The notes under the pieces are model-generated. The model did no database searches and was not told the origin of the DNA. It was given only the letters and a program-made list of their open reading frames with translations. 64,000 bases of DNA, from positions 300-64,299 of the forward strand of contig JALSPK010000003.1 of assembly GCA_026986005.1 (NCBI GenBank), given 5' to 3'. This document shows, piece by piece, positions 9,601 through 18,106 of the stretch (positions are counted from its first letter, which is position 1; the number at the start of each line of letters is the position of its first letter). The translations under genes and the position numbers were made by a program. Origin of the DNA: Saprospiraceae bacterium (GTDB lineage Bacteria > Bacteroidota > Bacteroidia > Chitinophagales > Saprospiraceae).

Positions 9601-11290
9601 TCTTTGTTATGGTGAATCAAATGGTAGCATTGAACTACTATTGCCTCCCAACAACAACTATCAAGTCACATGGAGTAATGGAGCAACAGGAACATTTCAA
9701 GATAATCTGGCTGAAGGACACTACGAAGTTACAATTACAGATAATAATATAGGATGCCAAAAAATCATCAGTGAAGATATTATCCAACTCGATAGCCTTA
9801 CAATGATTTTGGAACAGTCCAATGCGTCATGTCATGATTATGAGGATGGCTCTGCCTGGGTATCCAAAGTCTTTTATGGAGCAAGGGAAACGGATAGCAG
9901 CTTAATGAATTTTGCATGGAGTTCTAATCCTACTCAATATGGTCAATATGCCTACAACCTCAAAGGAGGAAAAACATATTTTGCAATTGCGACCAATAGT
10001 TTTGGGTGTACCGCAAAAAAAAGTATAACTATTGGAAATCCACAGGAAATTAAGATTAAGGTAACTGATAAAAAAGATGTTTCTTGCTACGGTTACAATG
10101 ATGGATTAATAGAAGTAGAAAATACTGGTGGAAATAACGATTATACATACAATTGGAGTGCAAATGCAAACACAAATAATAAACCTTATGCCCACAAATT
10201 AAAATCAGGTATTTACAAACTTACGGTAACAGATTTAAAAGGATGTAAACAAGAAGCTTTGTATTACATAAAAGAACCTGACCCTATTTCAATCAATTTT
10301 AATAATAGCGCTGTAAGCTGTTTCAAAGGTTCAGATGGCAAGTCAAAACCTTTGATCAATGGAGGAAGTGCTCCATACTTTATAACTTGGAATAAAGATA
10401 TTAACCAAGATGTATTGAAAGATGTCAAAGCAGGAAAATATTTTATATTGGTTAGGGATATAAATGGATGTGAAAAAAATGATTCTACTGTTATTACAGA
10501 ACCAAAAGATTCAGTATTTTCAATAGTTGAATCATTCGATACAAAATGCAACAATGGTTTTGATGGTCAACTGATTTTTAGTACAACAGGAGGAACACCT
10601 CCATACTCTAATAAAGTAATAGGAGACAAATATTATTCAGGATCAAAAATAATAGGGCTAAAGAAGGGCACTTATATCTCCGTAACTAAAGATGTAAACG
10701 GTTGTACAGATACTATAAAAAACATTATCATTTCCGAGCCAAATCCTATCAGTATTGATCTAGGAAATGATACTATCGTGGATTATGGAGATAAATTGAC
10801 TTTGACTCCTGAGATTAAGAATGCTATACCTCCATTTACTTACAATTGGACTGTACCATCAGGCGTGAACATCAGATGTGTGGATTGTTACTCCCCCGAA
10901 ATAGAGGTTTTATTTAACTTTATAGCTAAACTAGAAATAACAGATAGTCTCAATTGCTCGGGAATTGGAGATAAATATATCGCTGTAAAAGTCAATAATG
11001 ATATATTTGTTCCGGATGCATTTAGACCCAATAGCAATGTCATTTCTAATAAACATCTCTTTGTTTATGGAAAAGATGGGATTACCGTTTTATCTTTTAA
11101 GGTGTACAATAGTTTGGGAGGAAAAGTTTACCAAAGAGATAATTTTATGGTCAATGATGAATCTTTGGGTTGGGACGGCACTTTCAAAGGAGTCGCATTG
11201 AATGCAGCTTCATTCATTTGGACTCTAAAAACAAAAAATAAAGCAGGTAAGTTTCAAAATTATAAAGGAATTGTTACTTTGATAAGATAA
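6698..11290 (+). CDS. Giant T9SS type B cargo: choice-of-anchor L domain, proprotein-convertase P-domain, SprB-type repeats and a gliding-motility C-terminal domain
   Basis: The start is moved to [20 protein letters not shown] (signal peptide). [28 protein letters not shown] and [22 protein letters not shown] match choice-of-anchor L. [9 protein letters not shown]...[23 protein letters not shown] matches the P-domain. There are many C.G..NG.I repeats. The C-terminus [10 protein letters not shown]...WDGTFKG matches the type B CTD. Confidence 0.9.
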   Translation: [1530 protein letters not shown]

Positions 11291-11301
11291 AAATATGAAT
11301 A

Positions 11302-12351
11302 ATGTGTAAACGGATTATCTATATATTGATTCTACAGCTTTTTATCACTACACCGTTCATAGCTCAAGATGTTGTCTTTACCAACCTCGGTAGCAATCCG
11401 CTATATACCTCAGGAGCTTTAACTGGTTCTTTTAACGGAAAATATCGGGTAGGAACGGGTATTAGGAAGCAATGGATCGGTATTTCAAAAGATGCACTTT
11501 ACAATACTAAAAGTATATTTGCCGATATGAAAATTAATACTGTAAAAAATGATTTTTTTTCTTTTGGTATCTTATTAATGGATGATATCTCAGGTTCAAA
11601 AAGAATCAAGCTTGGAATTGCTTCAGGATTGTTGAGTATGTCTTATTCAAAACACTTATACAATAATAAATATACAGGACAGAATCAATATTTGACATTT
11701 GGGTTTCAAGTTGGTTATGGGAAAAGGTATTTTGATGGTGGTTCTTATTTATTTGGCGTGCAATTTGACAAAAGCAAACAACAAGTCGATCCTGATACCC
11801 CTACAGGAGAATCACTATTAAATTCAAGACTTTATCCGGATATTAATACAGGACTTATGTACTATATCTCGGGCAAGTATAGCTCTTTTTACCTAGGAGC
11901 AAATATTAAACATATCAACAAACCGAATATTTCACTTCTTAAAGATAATATTTCTGATATTTATCAATTGTATACAGGGATAGTAGGAGGCGAATTTTCA
12001 ATAAATAGAAATATAAGTCTCCTCCCCTCTACCATTTTAAATGTGCAGGAATCGTTTTTAAATATAATTATTGGAAGTAGCCTGAGATATCAATATATTT
12101 CAAAAGAGAATAATGCATTTAGAATTGGAGTATGGGCAAGACTTCCTAATTCAATAACCGGTATTTTTTTGGAAAGCATATCTTTTTCTACAGGTTTTGA
12201 ATTTAATCAATTTGAATTAAATATAAATTATGACATAACTGTGTCAGAATTAAACAATACTATTGGTCATAGAGGAGCTTTTGAGCTTTCTCTAGCGTAT
12301 GTTTGGGGCGATATTCCAAAAAACACACCAATAAATTGTCCGAAATTTTGA
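11302..12351 (+). CDS. PorP/SprF family T9SS membrane protein
   Basis: 349 aa, 11 nt downstream of the type B cargo gene. Signal peptide, then the QD..F.N....P...... start and beta-barrel-like alternating pattern typical of PorP/SprF. Confidence 0.85.
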   Translation: MCKRIIYILILQLFITTPFIAQDVVFTNLGSNPLYTSGALTGSFNGKYRVGTGIRKQWIGISKDALYNTKSIFADMKINTVKNDFFSFGILLMDDISGSKRIKLGIASGLLSMSYSKHLYNNKYTGQNQYLTFGFQVGYGKRYFDGGSYLFGVQFDKSKQQVDPDTPTGESLLNSRLYPDINTGLMYYISGKYSSFYLGANIKHINKPNISLLKDNISDIYQLYTGIVGGEFSINRNISLLPSTILNVQESFLNIIIGSSLRYQYISKENNAFRIGVWARLPNSITGIFLESISFSTGFEFNQFELNINYDITVSELNNTIGHRGAFELSLAYVWGDIPKNTPINCPKF

Positions 12352-12424
12352 TAAATTTATCATATTATATTTTGGATTTTAAGAAAATAATAGTACTTTT
12401 ATAAAAAATAAAACCCTTTGAATT

Positions 12425-12877
12425 ATGATGAACGAAAAAGTAAAATCTATCATGACAACCGACCCCATCACGGTCAAAGCAGATGATAGTATCGAAAAAG
12501 CTACAAATATCCTAAAGAAATTTAGAATTGAGCATTTACCTGTTATCGACGATGACAATAAACTTATTGGCATTTTATCTTTCTATGACTTGTGGGAATT
12601 GGACAAATCTCGTGACGAATACAAGGAAGTCAAGGTTGGTGACGTGATGACAAAACGCGTGGCAAAGCTTAATCCCGGAGATAAAGTGGGCTCAGTAGCA
12701 GAAATATTTCTTGAAAATCTATTCGAAGCTATTCCGATCGTTGAAGATGACAATACTTTGGTAGGAATAGTGACTTTGGTTGATGTTATTTGGTATCAAT
12801 ACAAAAAAGAATACCCAAGACATTTCGGCGATTTTGTACACTTTAAAGAATACCACTTGGATAATATAAATAAATAA
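12425..12877 (+). CDS. CBS domain pair protein
   Basis: 150 aa. Two CBS motifs (IMTTDPITV...HLPVIDDDNKLIGILS and VMTKRVAKL...IPIVEDDNTLVGIVT). Confidence 0.85.
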   Translation: MMNEKVKSIMTTDPITVKADDSIEKATNILKKFRIEHLPVIDDDNKLIGILSFYDLWELDKSRDEYKEVKVGDVMTKRVAKLNPGDKVGSVAEIFLENLFEAIPIVEDDNTLVGIVTLVDVIWYQYKKEYPRHFGDFVHFKEYHLDNINK

Positions 12878-12884
12878 TATCAAT

Positions 12885-12922
12885 TGCTCATCATAGAATT
12901 AATATATGATGAGCAGTTTTAT
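12885..12922 (+). terminator. Rho-independent terminator between convergent genes
   Basis: tgctcatcat / atgatgagca form a 10-bp stem with an 11-nt loop, followed by gttttattt. Confidence 0.6.
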
Positions 12923-12953
12923 TTAAAAAAAATCAAGTATTTTATAATAGGCT

Positions 12954-13439
12954 CTAACCAAAAATCATTGGACTTAATGAATAGTACAGTGTAATCATTG
13001 CAGAAAAAACTGAACTAAATACAAAACGCCATTTCAATGATATTTTATTTTGAATAATATAGTTTCCTATCAATGAAAAAGGGAGGTTAAAAGCAAATGA
13101 TAGTATTGCAGTATGGAATAAATCACCATTTATCAAATCCGTTTTTCCCAATAGTAGATAGATAAATACAAAGTGTCTAAAAATCCAAAGCGGATTAAAA
13201 AATAAAGCTACCGCAACGGTTTTGGTCAACTTTCTTTTCATACCATCAAGTCTCCTTCTTGTAAAACGCTCCAACCATGCGAAATAATGAGGTATTTCTA
13301 CGGCATATAAGGCTGCTCCTACAATAAACATCCCCACTAATCTAATTATGGAAAAATCACCGGAAACAAAAGATGCAATCGTATCGCTCAAAACAAGAAG
13401 AAATCCTCCCCAAAAACTATCCCTCTTAGTATAAATCAT
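12954..13439 (-). CDS. Small polytopic membrane protein (possibly Mpv17/PMP22-like)
   Basis: 161 aa, about 4 hydrophobic helices, 14 nt downstream of lepB. The family call is tentative. Confidence 0.6.
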   Translation of the reverse strand: MIYTKRDSFWGGFLLVLSDTIASFVSGDFSIIRLVGMFIVGAALYAVEIPHYFAWLERFTRRRLDGMKRKLTKTVAVALFFNPLWIFRHFVFIYLLLGKTDLINGDLFHTAILSFAFNLPFSLIGNYIIQNKISLKWRFVFSSVFSAMITLYYSLSPMIFG

Positions 13440-13452
13440 AATTTAAATAATG

Positions 13453-15042
13453 CTATTTTGAAACACTCTCTGCTGATCTAAAAATCCTGTTCCAGTTAAT
13501 CCCTTCAGACATATTATTATTCTTAGTAGAAAACCAAATAAATAATGGCTTGCCTACAATATGATCTTCAGGCACAAATCCCCATGATCGTGAATCCTCA
13601 GAATTGTGTCTATTGTCCCCCATAGCCCAATAATAATTTTGCTTAAAAGTATATTTATCCGCTTTATTTCCATTTATGTAAATATCATTTCCTTTAACAT
13701 TTAGATCATTGTGCTCATATGCATCAATAACCCTACGATACAACGGCAAATTCTCTACTGTTAAATCTACGGTAACACCTTTTTTTGGTATCCAAATAGG
13801 ACCATAATCATCTAAACTCCATGAATGAAAATACTTTTTATTATTTGGAAAAAGCGAAGGATCAATTTCATTCTTAACTACCTCTATCGCATTTTCTCCA
13901 CTTAGTTCCTTTATTTTTTTCACTTGTCCATCATTTAAAAAATATATCATACCTCGCCCGTATGCACTTTTCACACCCCACTCTTCCAGTTTTTTCCTAT
14001 TAATCTTCAGAGGCCTCCTTGCTATGTATTTAAACTGTCTGTGAATAGGTGATTTTTGTGCAACTCCATTAATATATAAAACTCTATTTTTTATTTGAAG
14101 ACTATCTCCTGCTTGTGCCACACAACGCTTTATATAGTGGTCTTTTTTATCAACAGGTCGCACTATTATTTCTTTATTTTTGACTTTAGCTCTTAATTCA
14201 GGATCGTACTTCAAGTAATCTGTCAAATTCTGATGAACTTGATTATAGGAATATGATCGTCTGGATGTGAGATAAATACTATCTCCCGCAGGCCAATTAA
14301 AAACAATCAGCTTATTTCTTTCTACATTTTCAATAGCTTTAAATCTAAAATAAGGCAAACTGGGCTTTTTCAAATACGACTCTGTATTGATAAATGGAAT
14401 CCTATTGTGGAGCAATGGAAACATTGCAATAGTCATAGGAGTACGAATACCATAATGCGCCTTACTCACAAAAAGGTAATCCCCGACATCCAAAGAACCT
14501 TCCATAGAAGGTGTCGGTATTACATATGCCTCAATAAGAAACATTCTTATGAAAGCTGCAGCAAATATTGCAAAAGTCAAAGACTCAACCCACTCTCTCC
14601 ACAATGGCCTTTTAAAAGGATTATTAAGCATTAATTTGTTATACTCTCTTTTATTTCCACTTTTTTGAGCTTCAACTATTTTCTTATTAATTTCCTTTTC
14701 TTGCTTCGCCGCAGGTCCCACATAGCTTGTATTTTTATCAAATGCTATTAAGAAGAAAGCAATCGGTGCGTAAAAAAACGACAGAACACTCCATTTGAAA
14801 TCGTACTTACCAAAAGACTTCACCAAGTCAATTGCCATAGACACGAATGCAAAAAGATTAACAATAGGTACAAAAAACCAAATAACCTTCCACGTAGGTT
14901 TACCAATTATTTTAAATATTTCTATTAGATTCAAAACAGGAACAAGTCCTTTCCATGCCTCTACATTCGCCTTTGGAAAGAGAAAATACAAACTTATACT
15001 AAAAAGTATATAAAAAACAAAGATAAATACTAATAAACTCAT
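13453..15042 (-). CDS. lepB: Signal peptidase I with an N-terminal membrane extension
   Basis: Catalytic Ser box PTPSMEGSL, Lys box KRCVAQAGD, and GDNRHNSEDSRSWGFVP. About 140 aa of extra N-terminal TM region, as is common in Bacteroidota LepB. Confidence 0.9.
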   Translation of the reverse strand: MSLLVFIFVFYILFSISLYFLFPKANVEAWKGLVPVLNLIEIFKIIGKPTWKVIWFFVPIVNLFAFVSMAIDLVKSFGKYDFKWSVLSFFYAPIAFFLIAFDKNTSYVGPAAKQEKEINKKIVEAQKSGNKREYNKLMLNNPFKRPLWREWVESLTFAIFAAAFIRMFLIEAYVIPTPSMEGSLDVGDYLFVSKAHYGIRTPMTIAMFPLLHNRIPFINTESYLKKPSLPYFRFKAIENVERNKLIVFNWPAGDSIYLTSRRSYSYNQVHQNLTDYLKYDPELRAKVKNKEIIVRPVDKKDHYIKRCVAQAGDSLQIKNRVLYINGVAQKSPIHRQFKYIARRPLKINRKKLEEWGVKSAYGRGMIYFLNDGQVKKIKELSGENAIEVVKNEIDPSLFPNNKKYFHSWSLDDYGPIWIPKKGVTVDLTVENLPLYRRVIDAYEHNDLNVKGNDIYINGNKADKYTFKQNYYWAMGDNRHNSEDSRSWGFVPEDHIVGKPLFIWFSTKNNNMSEGINWNRIFRSAESVSK

Positions 15043-15229
15043 ATCACTAATAATATTTTATGGTAGATTAATGTCAAATCGTATTAAATTCGTTCAATTA
15101 AATAAATAGCTGTTTTCCCATCTAATAAATGCAAATATCAATACGAATCAATATAACAAACCGCAAAGGTAGTAAAAAATTGCAAAGACAATTAATAATT
15201 ATACAAGACTAAATATTAAATCGACAAAA

Positions 15230-15393
15230 TAGTGTCTGTCCACAAAGTCATTAAAATATAAAAATAATCTTTTCGCGGTATTTTTACTTTATTCAAATTA
15301 CTGATGCTAAGGCATCACTAATTCTCAGAAAGATTAAAATCTCATCAAAAATCTTTATTTTTCAAAAATCAAGCACTTTATAGACAGACACTA
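15230..15393. mobile_element. MITE-like 164-bp palindromic element, copy 1
   Basis: Terminal inverted repeats tagtgtctgtccacaaagt ... actttatagacagacacta. Internal hairpins tgatgc-taag-gcatca and aaagatt..aatcttt. No ORF. Confidence 0.7.
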
Positions 15394-15395
15394 AT

Positions 15396-15559
15396 TAGTG
15401 TCTGTCCATAAAGTCATTAAAATATAAAAATAATCTTTTCGCGATATTTTTACTTTATTCAAATTACTGATGCTAAGGCATCACTAATCCTCAGAAAGAT
15501 TAAAATCTCATCAAAAATCTTTATTTTTCAAAAATCAAGCACTTTATGGACAGACACTA
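15396..15559. mobile_element. MITE-like 164-bp palindromic element, copy 2 (head-to-tail with copy 1)
   Basis: Differs from copy 1 at 4 positions by hand alignment. It has a perfect 19-bp TIR (tagtgtctgtccataaagt / actttatggacagacacta) and is separated from copy 1 by 2 nt. Confidence 0.7.
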
Positions 15560-15570
15560 ACTAAAGTCAT

Positions 15571-16437
15571 TCATTTATCTACCGGTTCAATATGTATATT
15601 GATATCAATCTCTTTAAATTCATGATTGATGGCATCTTCTATCTCGTCACACAAATCATGTGCAACTTTGACCGTAGTGCTATTAGGAAATGAAAGGATG
15701 AAGTCCAAATACTTTTGAGAACCGGATTTACGTGTTCGAACCCTTCTGTAACTAATTTCAGCATCTTCCTTAAGGCTTGAGCTAATGATTTTACTAATCA
15801 TTTTTATTTCTTCCTCAGGCAACTGTGCATCTACCAAAGGAGAAAATGCATTATTCAGCAATTCAAAAGATTCATAAATGATAAGTAAAGCGACTAAAAT
15901 AGCTATTATTGAATCAAGCCAAGTGTATCCCGTTAAATATATCAACAAAAATCCTATTGCGACCCCCATTGATGTGTAAACATCAGTTTTCAAATGCAAC
16001 GCATCAGCTTTGAGAGCAATAGAATCATACTCCTCAGCTACGACATAAAGCTTTCTTGACACAAATATATTAACTACCATCGACACAAGCATTACAAAAA
16101 TACCATAATGAATATTTTTAATTATGGAGGGATGCTGAAGTCTATCTACCGCTTCATAAATAATCCACAATGCAGCTATAAAAATCAATAATGCCTCAAG
16201 TACTCCTGACACATTTTCATATTTACCATGCCCATATGGATGATCCTTGTCAGGTGGTTTTGATGCGATTTTTACCGAAAAAAAAGCGATAATCGAAGCC
16301 AATAAATCAATTCCCGAATGAATAGCCTCCGACATCATACTCACCGAACCTGTAAATATCCCCATTACCATTTTCAATACAATCAAAAACAGATTGGAAA
16401 AAATTGATAATCGAGCTGTCTTTATTTTTACATTCAT
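15571..16437 (-). CDS. Cation diffusion facilitator (CDF) family metal efflux transporter
   Basis: 288 aa, six TM segments. HSGIDLLAS...DKDHPYGHGKYE and LHLKTDVYTS match CDF signatures. C-terminal cytoplasmic domain present. Confidence 0.9.
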   Translation of the reverse strand: MNVKIKTARLSIFSNLFLIVLKMVMGIFTGSVSMMSEAIHSGIDLLASIIAFFSVKIASKPPDKDHPYGHGKYENVSGVLEALLIFIAALWIIYEAVDRLQHPSIIKNIHYGIFVMLVSMVVNIFVSRKLYVVAEEYDSIALKADALHLKTDVYTSMGVAIGFLLIYLTGYTWLDSIIAILVALLIIYESFELLNNAFSPLVDAQLPEEEIKMISKIISSSLKEDAEISYRRVRTRKSGSQKYLDFILSFPNSTTVKVAHDLCDEIEDAINHEFKEIDINIHIEPVDK

Positions 16438-16448
16438 TAACTCAATAT

Positions 16449-17351
16449 TTAATTTTTATCTTCATTCATCATCTCCCATATCATCCCCTCCTTCATCGAA
16501 TATGGAGTAACCCGTATCAAATTAGCTCCCGATATCTTTAATGCAAAATCAATAATAGCAAAAGCAAAAACAATTAATTTTTTTCTTTCCTGTGGCACCC
16601 AGTGGATTCTCTCCCTTTCCTCATCAGTAGTATAAGCAATAGATTTATAAATATTCTTAAAATAATTCAAGCTCAGTTCATTACGATTTGGTTTCTTCCT
16701 AGCACGCATATAACTGCTCAATACATCGAATGATCCTGCTGTACCTATCAGACTATCAATAGCCACTCCTTTTAATTTCTCCCTTAAAGCATTTGTGTTT
16801 ATGTACAAATACTGTTCAATTGCAGCTAAACTTTCTACCGTCTGAGCACTATTTATATCAAACCGATGATACAACTCTAAAATACCAACTTGAGATGACT
16901 GTTCAAAAATCATATCTCCTCCACGTGTCAATATAAATTCAACACTACCTCCTCCTATATCTATTATCATATTTCTGCCCTTATCTGTAATCCCTGCCAT
17001 TTTAGCTCCATAAAAAATCAACTTTGCTTCCTCACTCCCTGACAGAACTGAAATATTAATACCCGACTTATTTTTTAAAAAATCTGCATAGTCCTTCCCG
17101 TTTTTTGCAATCCTAAAAATAGAAGTACCGTATGCCCGATATTTCTTTATATTAAATCTACCCAAGGATTTTTTAAAACTTAGGATAGCATTCAATCCTC
17201 GTTGCCAACCACTTGCACCTATCTCCTCTACACTATCATATGCTAATTTTACAAAATAACGCTTTCTGTATACTACTGTGGAGCGACCATTGTGTACATC
17301 AACAATAATCATATGAAACGTATTAGTCCCTAGATCAATTGCTGCATACAT
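16449..17351 (-). CDS. Ppx/GppA family phosphatase (exopolyphosphatase-like)
   Basis: 300 aa. N-terminal ASKHA phosphate-1 motif AAIDLGTNTFHMII, and DIGGGSVEF. Confidence 0.85.
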   Translation of the reverse strand: MYAAIDLGTNTFHMIIVDVHNGRSTVVYRKRYFVKLAYDSVEEIGASGWQRGLNAILSFKKSLGRFNIKKYRAYGTSIFRIAKNGKDYADFLKNKSGINISVLSGSEEAKLIFYGAKMAGITDKGRNMIIDIGGGSVEFILTRGGDMIFEQSSQVGILELYHRFDINSAQTVESLAAIEQYLYINTNALREKLKGVAIDSLIGTAGSFDVLSSYMRARKKPNRNELSLNYFKNIYKSIAYTTDEERERIHWVPQERKKLIVFAFAIIDFALKISGANLIRVTPYSMKEGMIWEMMNEDKN

Positions 17352-17860
17352 TACTTTCTTACTTTAAAGCTTCTTGATTTTAAATTATTGAAAAATTGAA
17401 TTCCTGTTTCACTCATGCTATTGGAAAACATAGGCGGATCTCCTTCATAATAAAAAATAAAGTAGTAACATCCGGGTTCATGATAAAAATCGGCCTCGAT
17501 TATCGATTCACCATTTTTTATAAAACTAACATGACCCATTGGCTTGCAAGCTGTATTCAATGCTGCCGTCCTTTTAAGATTAATATTCTGCAAAAAGGTT
17601 CTAATAGATGCATTATTGTCTTGACTCATTGAAAAATCTAAATCCTCAAATAAGACATCCAGATAATCAGAATACTTATAAATATCATCATAAATATGTC
17701 GCGGTAAAGGAGGTAATCTATAGATCTTCCCATCTTTCTTAGACTCCGTACTTTTAGCTTGTATTTTATTTGTGTCTTTTGAATCCAAAGTTTTAGAATT
17801 TTGCTTGCAAGAAACCATCGCAAAACTTAATACCATCATTAATAAAATTACTCTTTTCAT
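17351..17860 (-). CDS. Hypothetical lipoprotein
   Basis: 169 aa. Lipobox-like MVLSFAMVSC. Its stop overlaps the ppx-like start (TAATG), suggesting translational coupling. Confidence 0.65.
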   Translation of the reverse strand: MKRVILLMMVLSFAMVSCKQNSKTLDSKDTNKIQAKSTESKKDGKIYRLPPLPRHIYDDIYKYSDYLDVLFEDLDFSMSQDNNASIRTFLQNINLKRTAALNTACKPMGHVSFIKNGESIIEADFYHEPGCYYFIFYYEGDPPMFSNSMSETGIQFFNNLKSRSFKVRK

Positions 17861-17958
17861 CTAATATATTTTTGTGATTACTTGTTTTTCTATTTGTTAA
17901 TTTGCTATATTATTTTTGACTTTCTATTCATTATTCTACATAAAAGCTCGCCATCTTC

Positions 17959-18017
17959 AGCATCTGTCCAATAAGCTATCAAAATATAAAAATAATCTTT
18001 TTGTGCTATTTTTACTT
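17959..18017 (+). repeat. Degenerate partial copy of the MITE-like element (5' arm)
   Basis: cagcatctgtccaataagctatcaaaatataaaaataatctttttgtgctatttttactt aligns with the first ~60 nt of the 164-bp element, with several mismatches. Confidence 0.45.
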
Positions 18018-18061
18018 CAAAAACTATTCCGCTATTCCAATTCAAACATAAAAAAATAGTT

Positions 18062-18069
18062 TACTTTTG
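18062..18069 (+). promoter_or_regulatory. -7 promoter box TACTTTTG upstream of mnmD
   Basis: Fits TAnnTTTG, about 38 nt upstream of the ATG at 18107. Confidence 0.45.
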
Positions 18070-18106
18070 TAAAATTACTAATTTATTTTGAAGTTCTTTA
18101 ATAATC

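Noticed and set aside
15230-15559. Possible CRISPR array
   Set aside because: There are only two units. They are directly adjacent with a 2-nt gap and no spacers, they are 164 bp long with terminal inverted repeats, and there are no cas genes.
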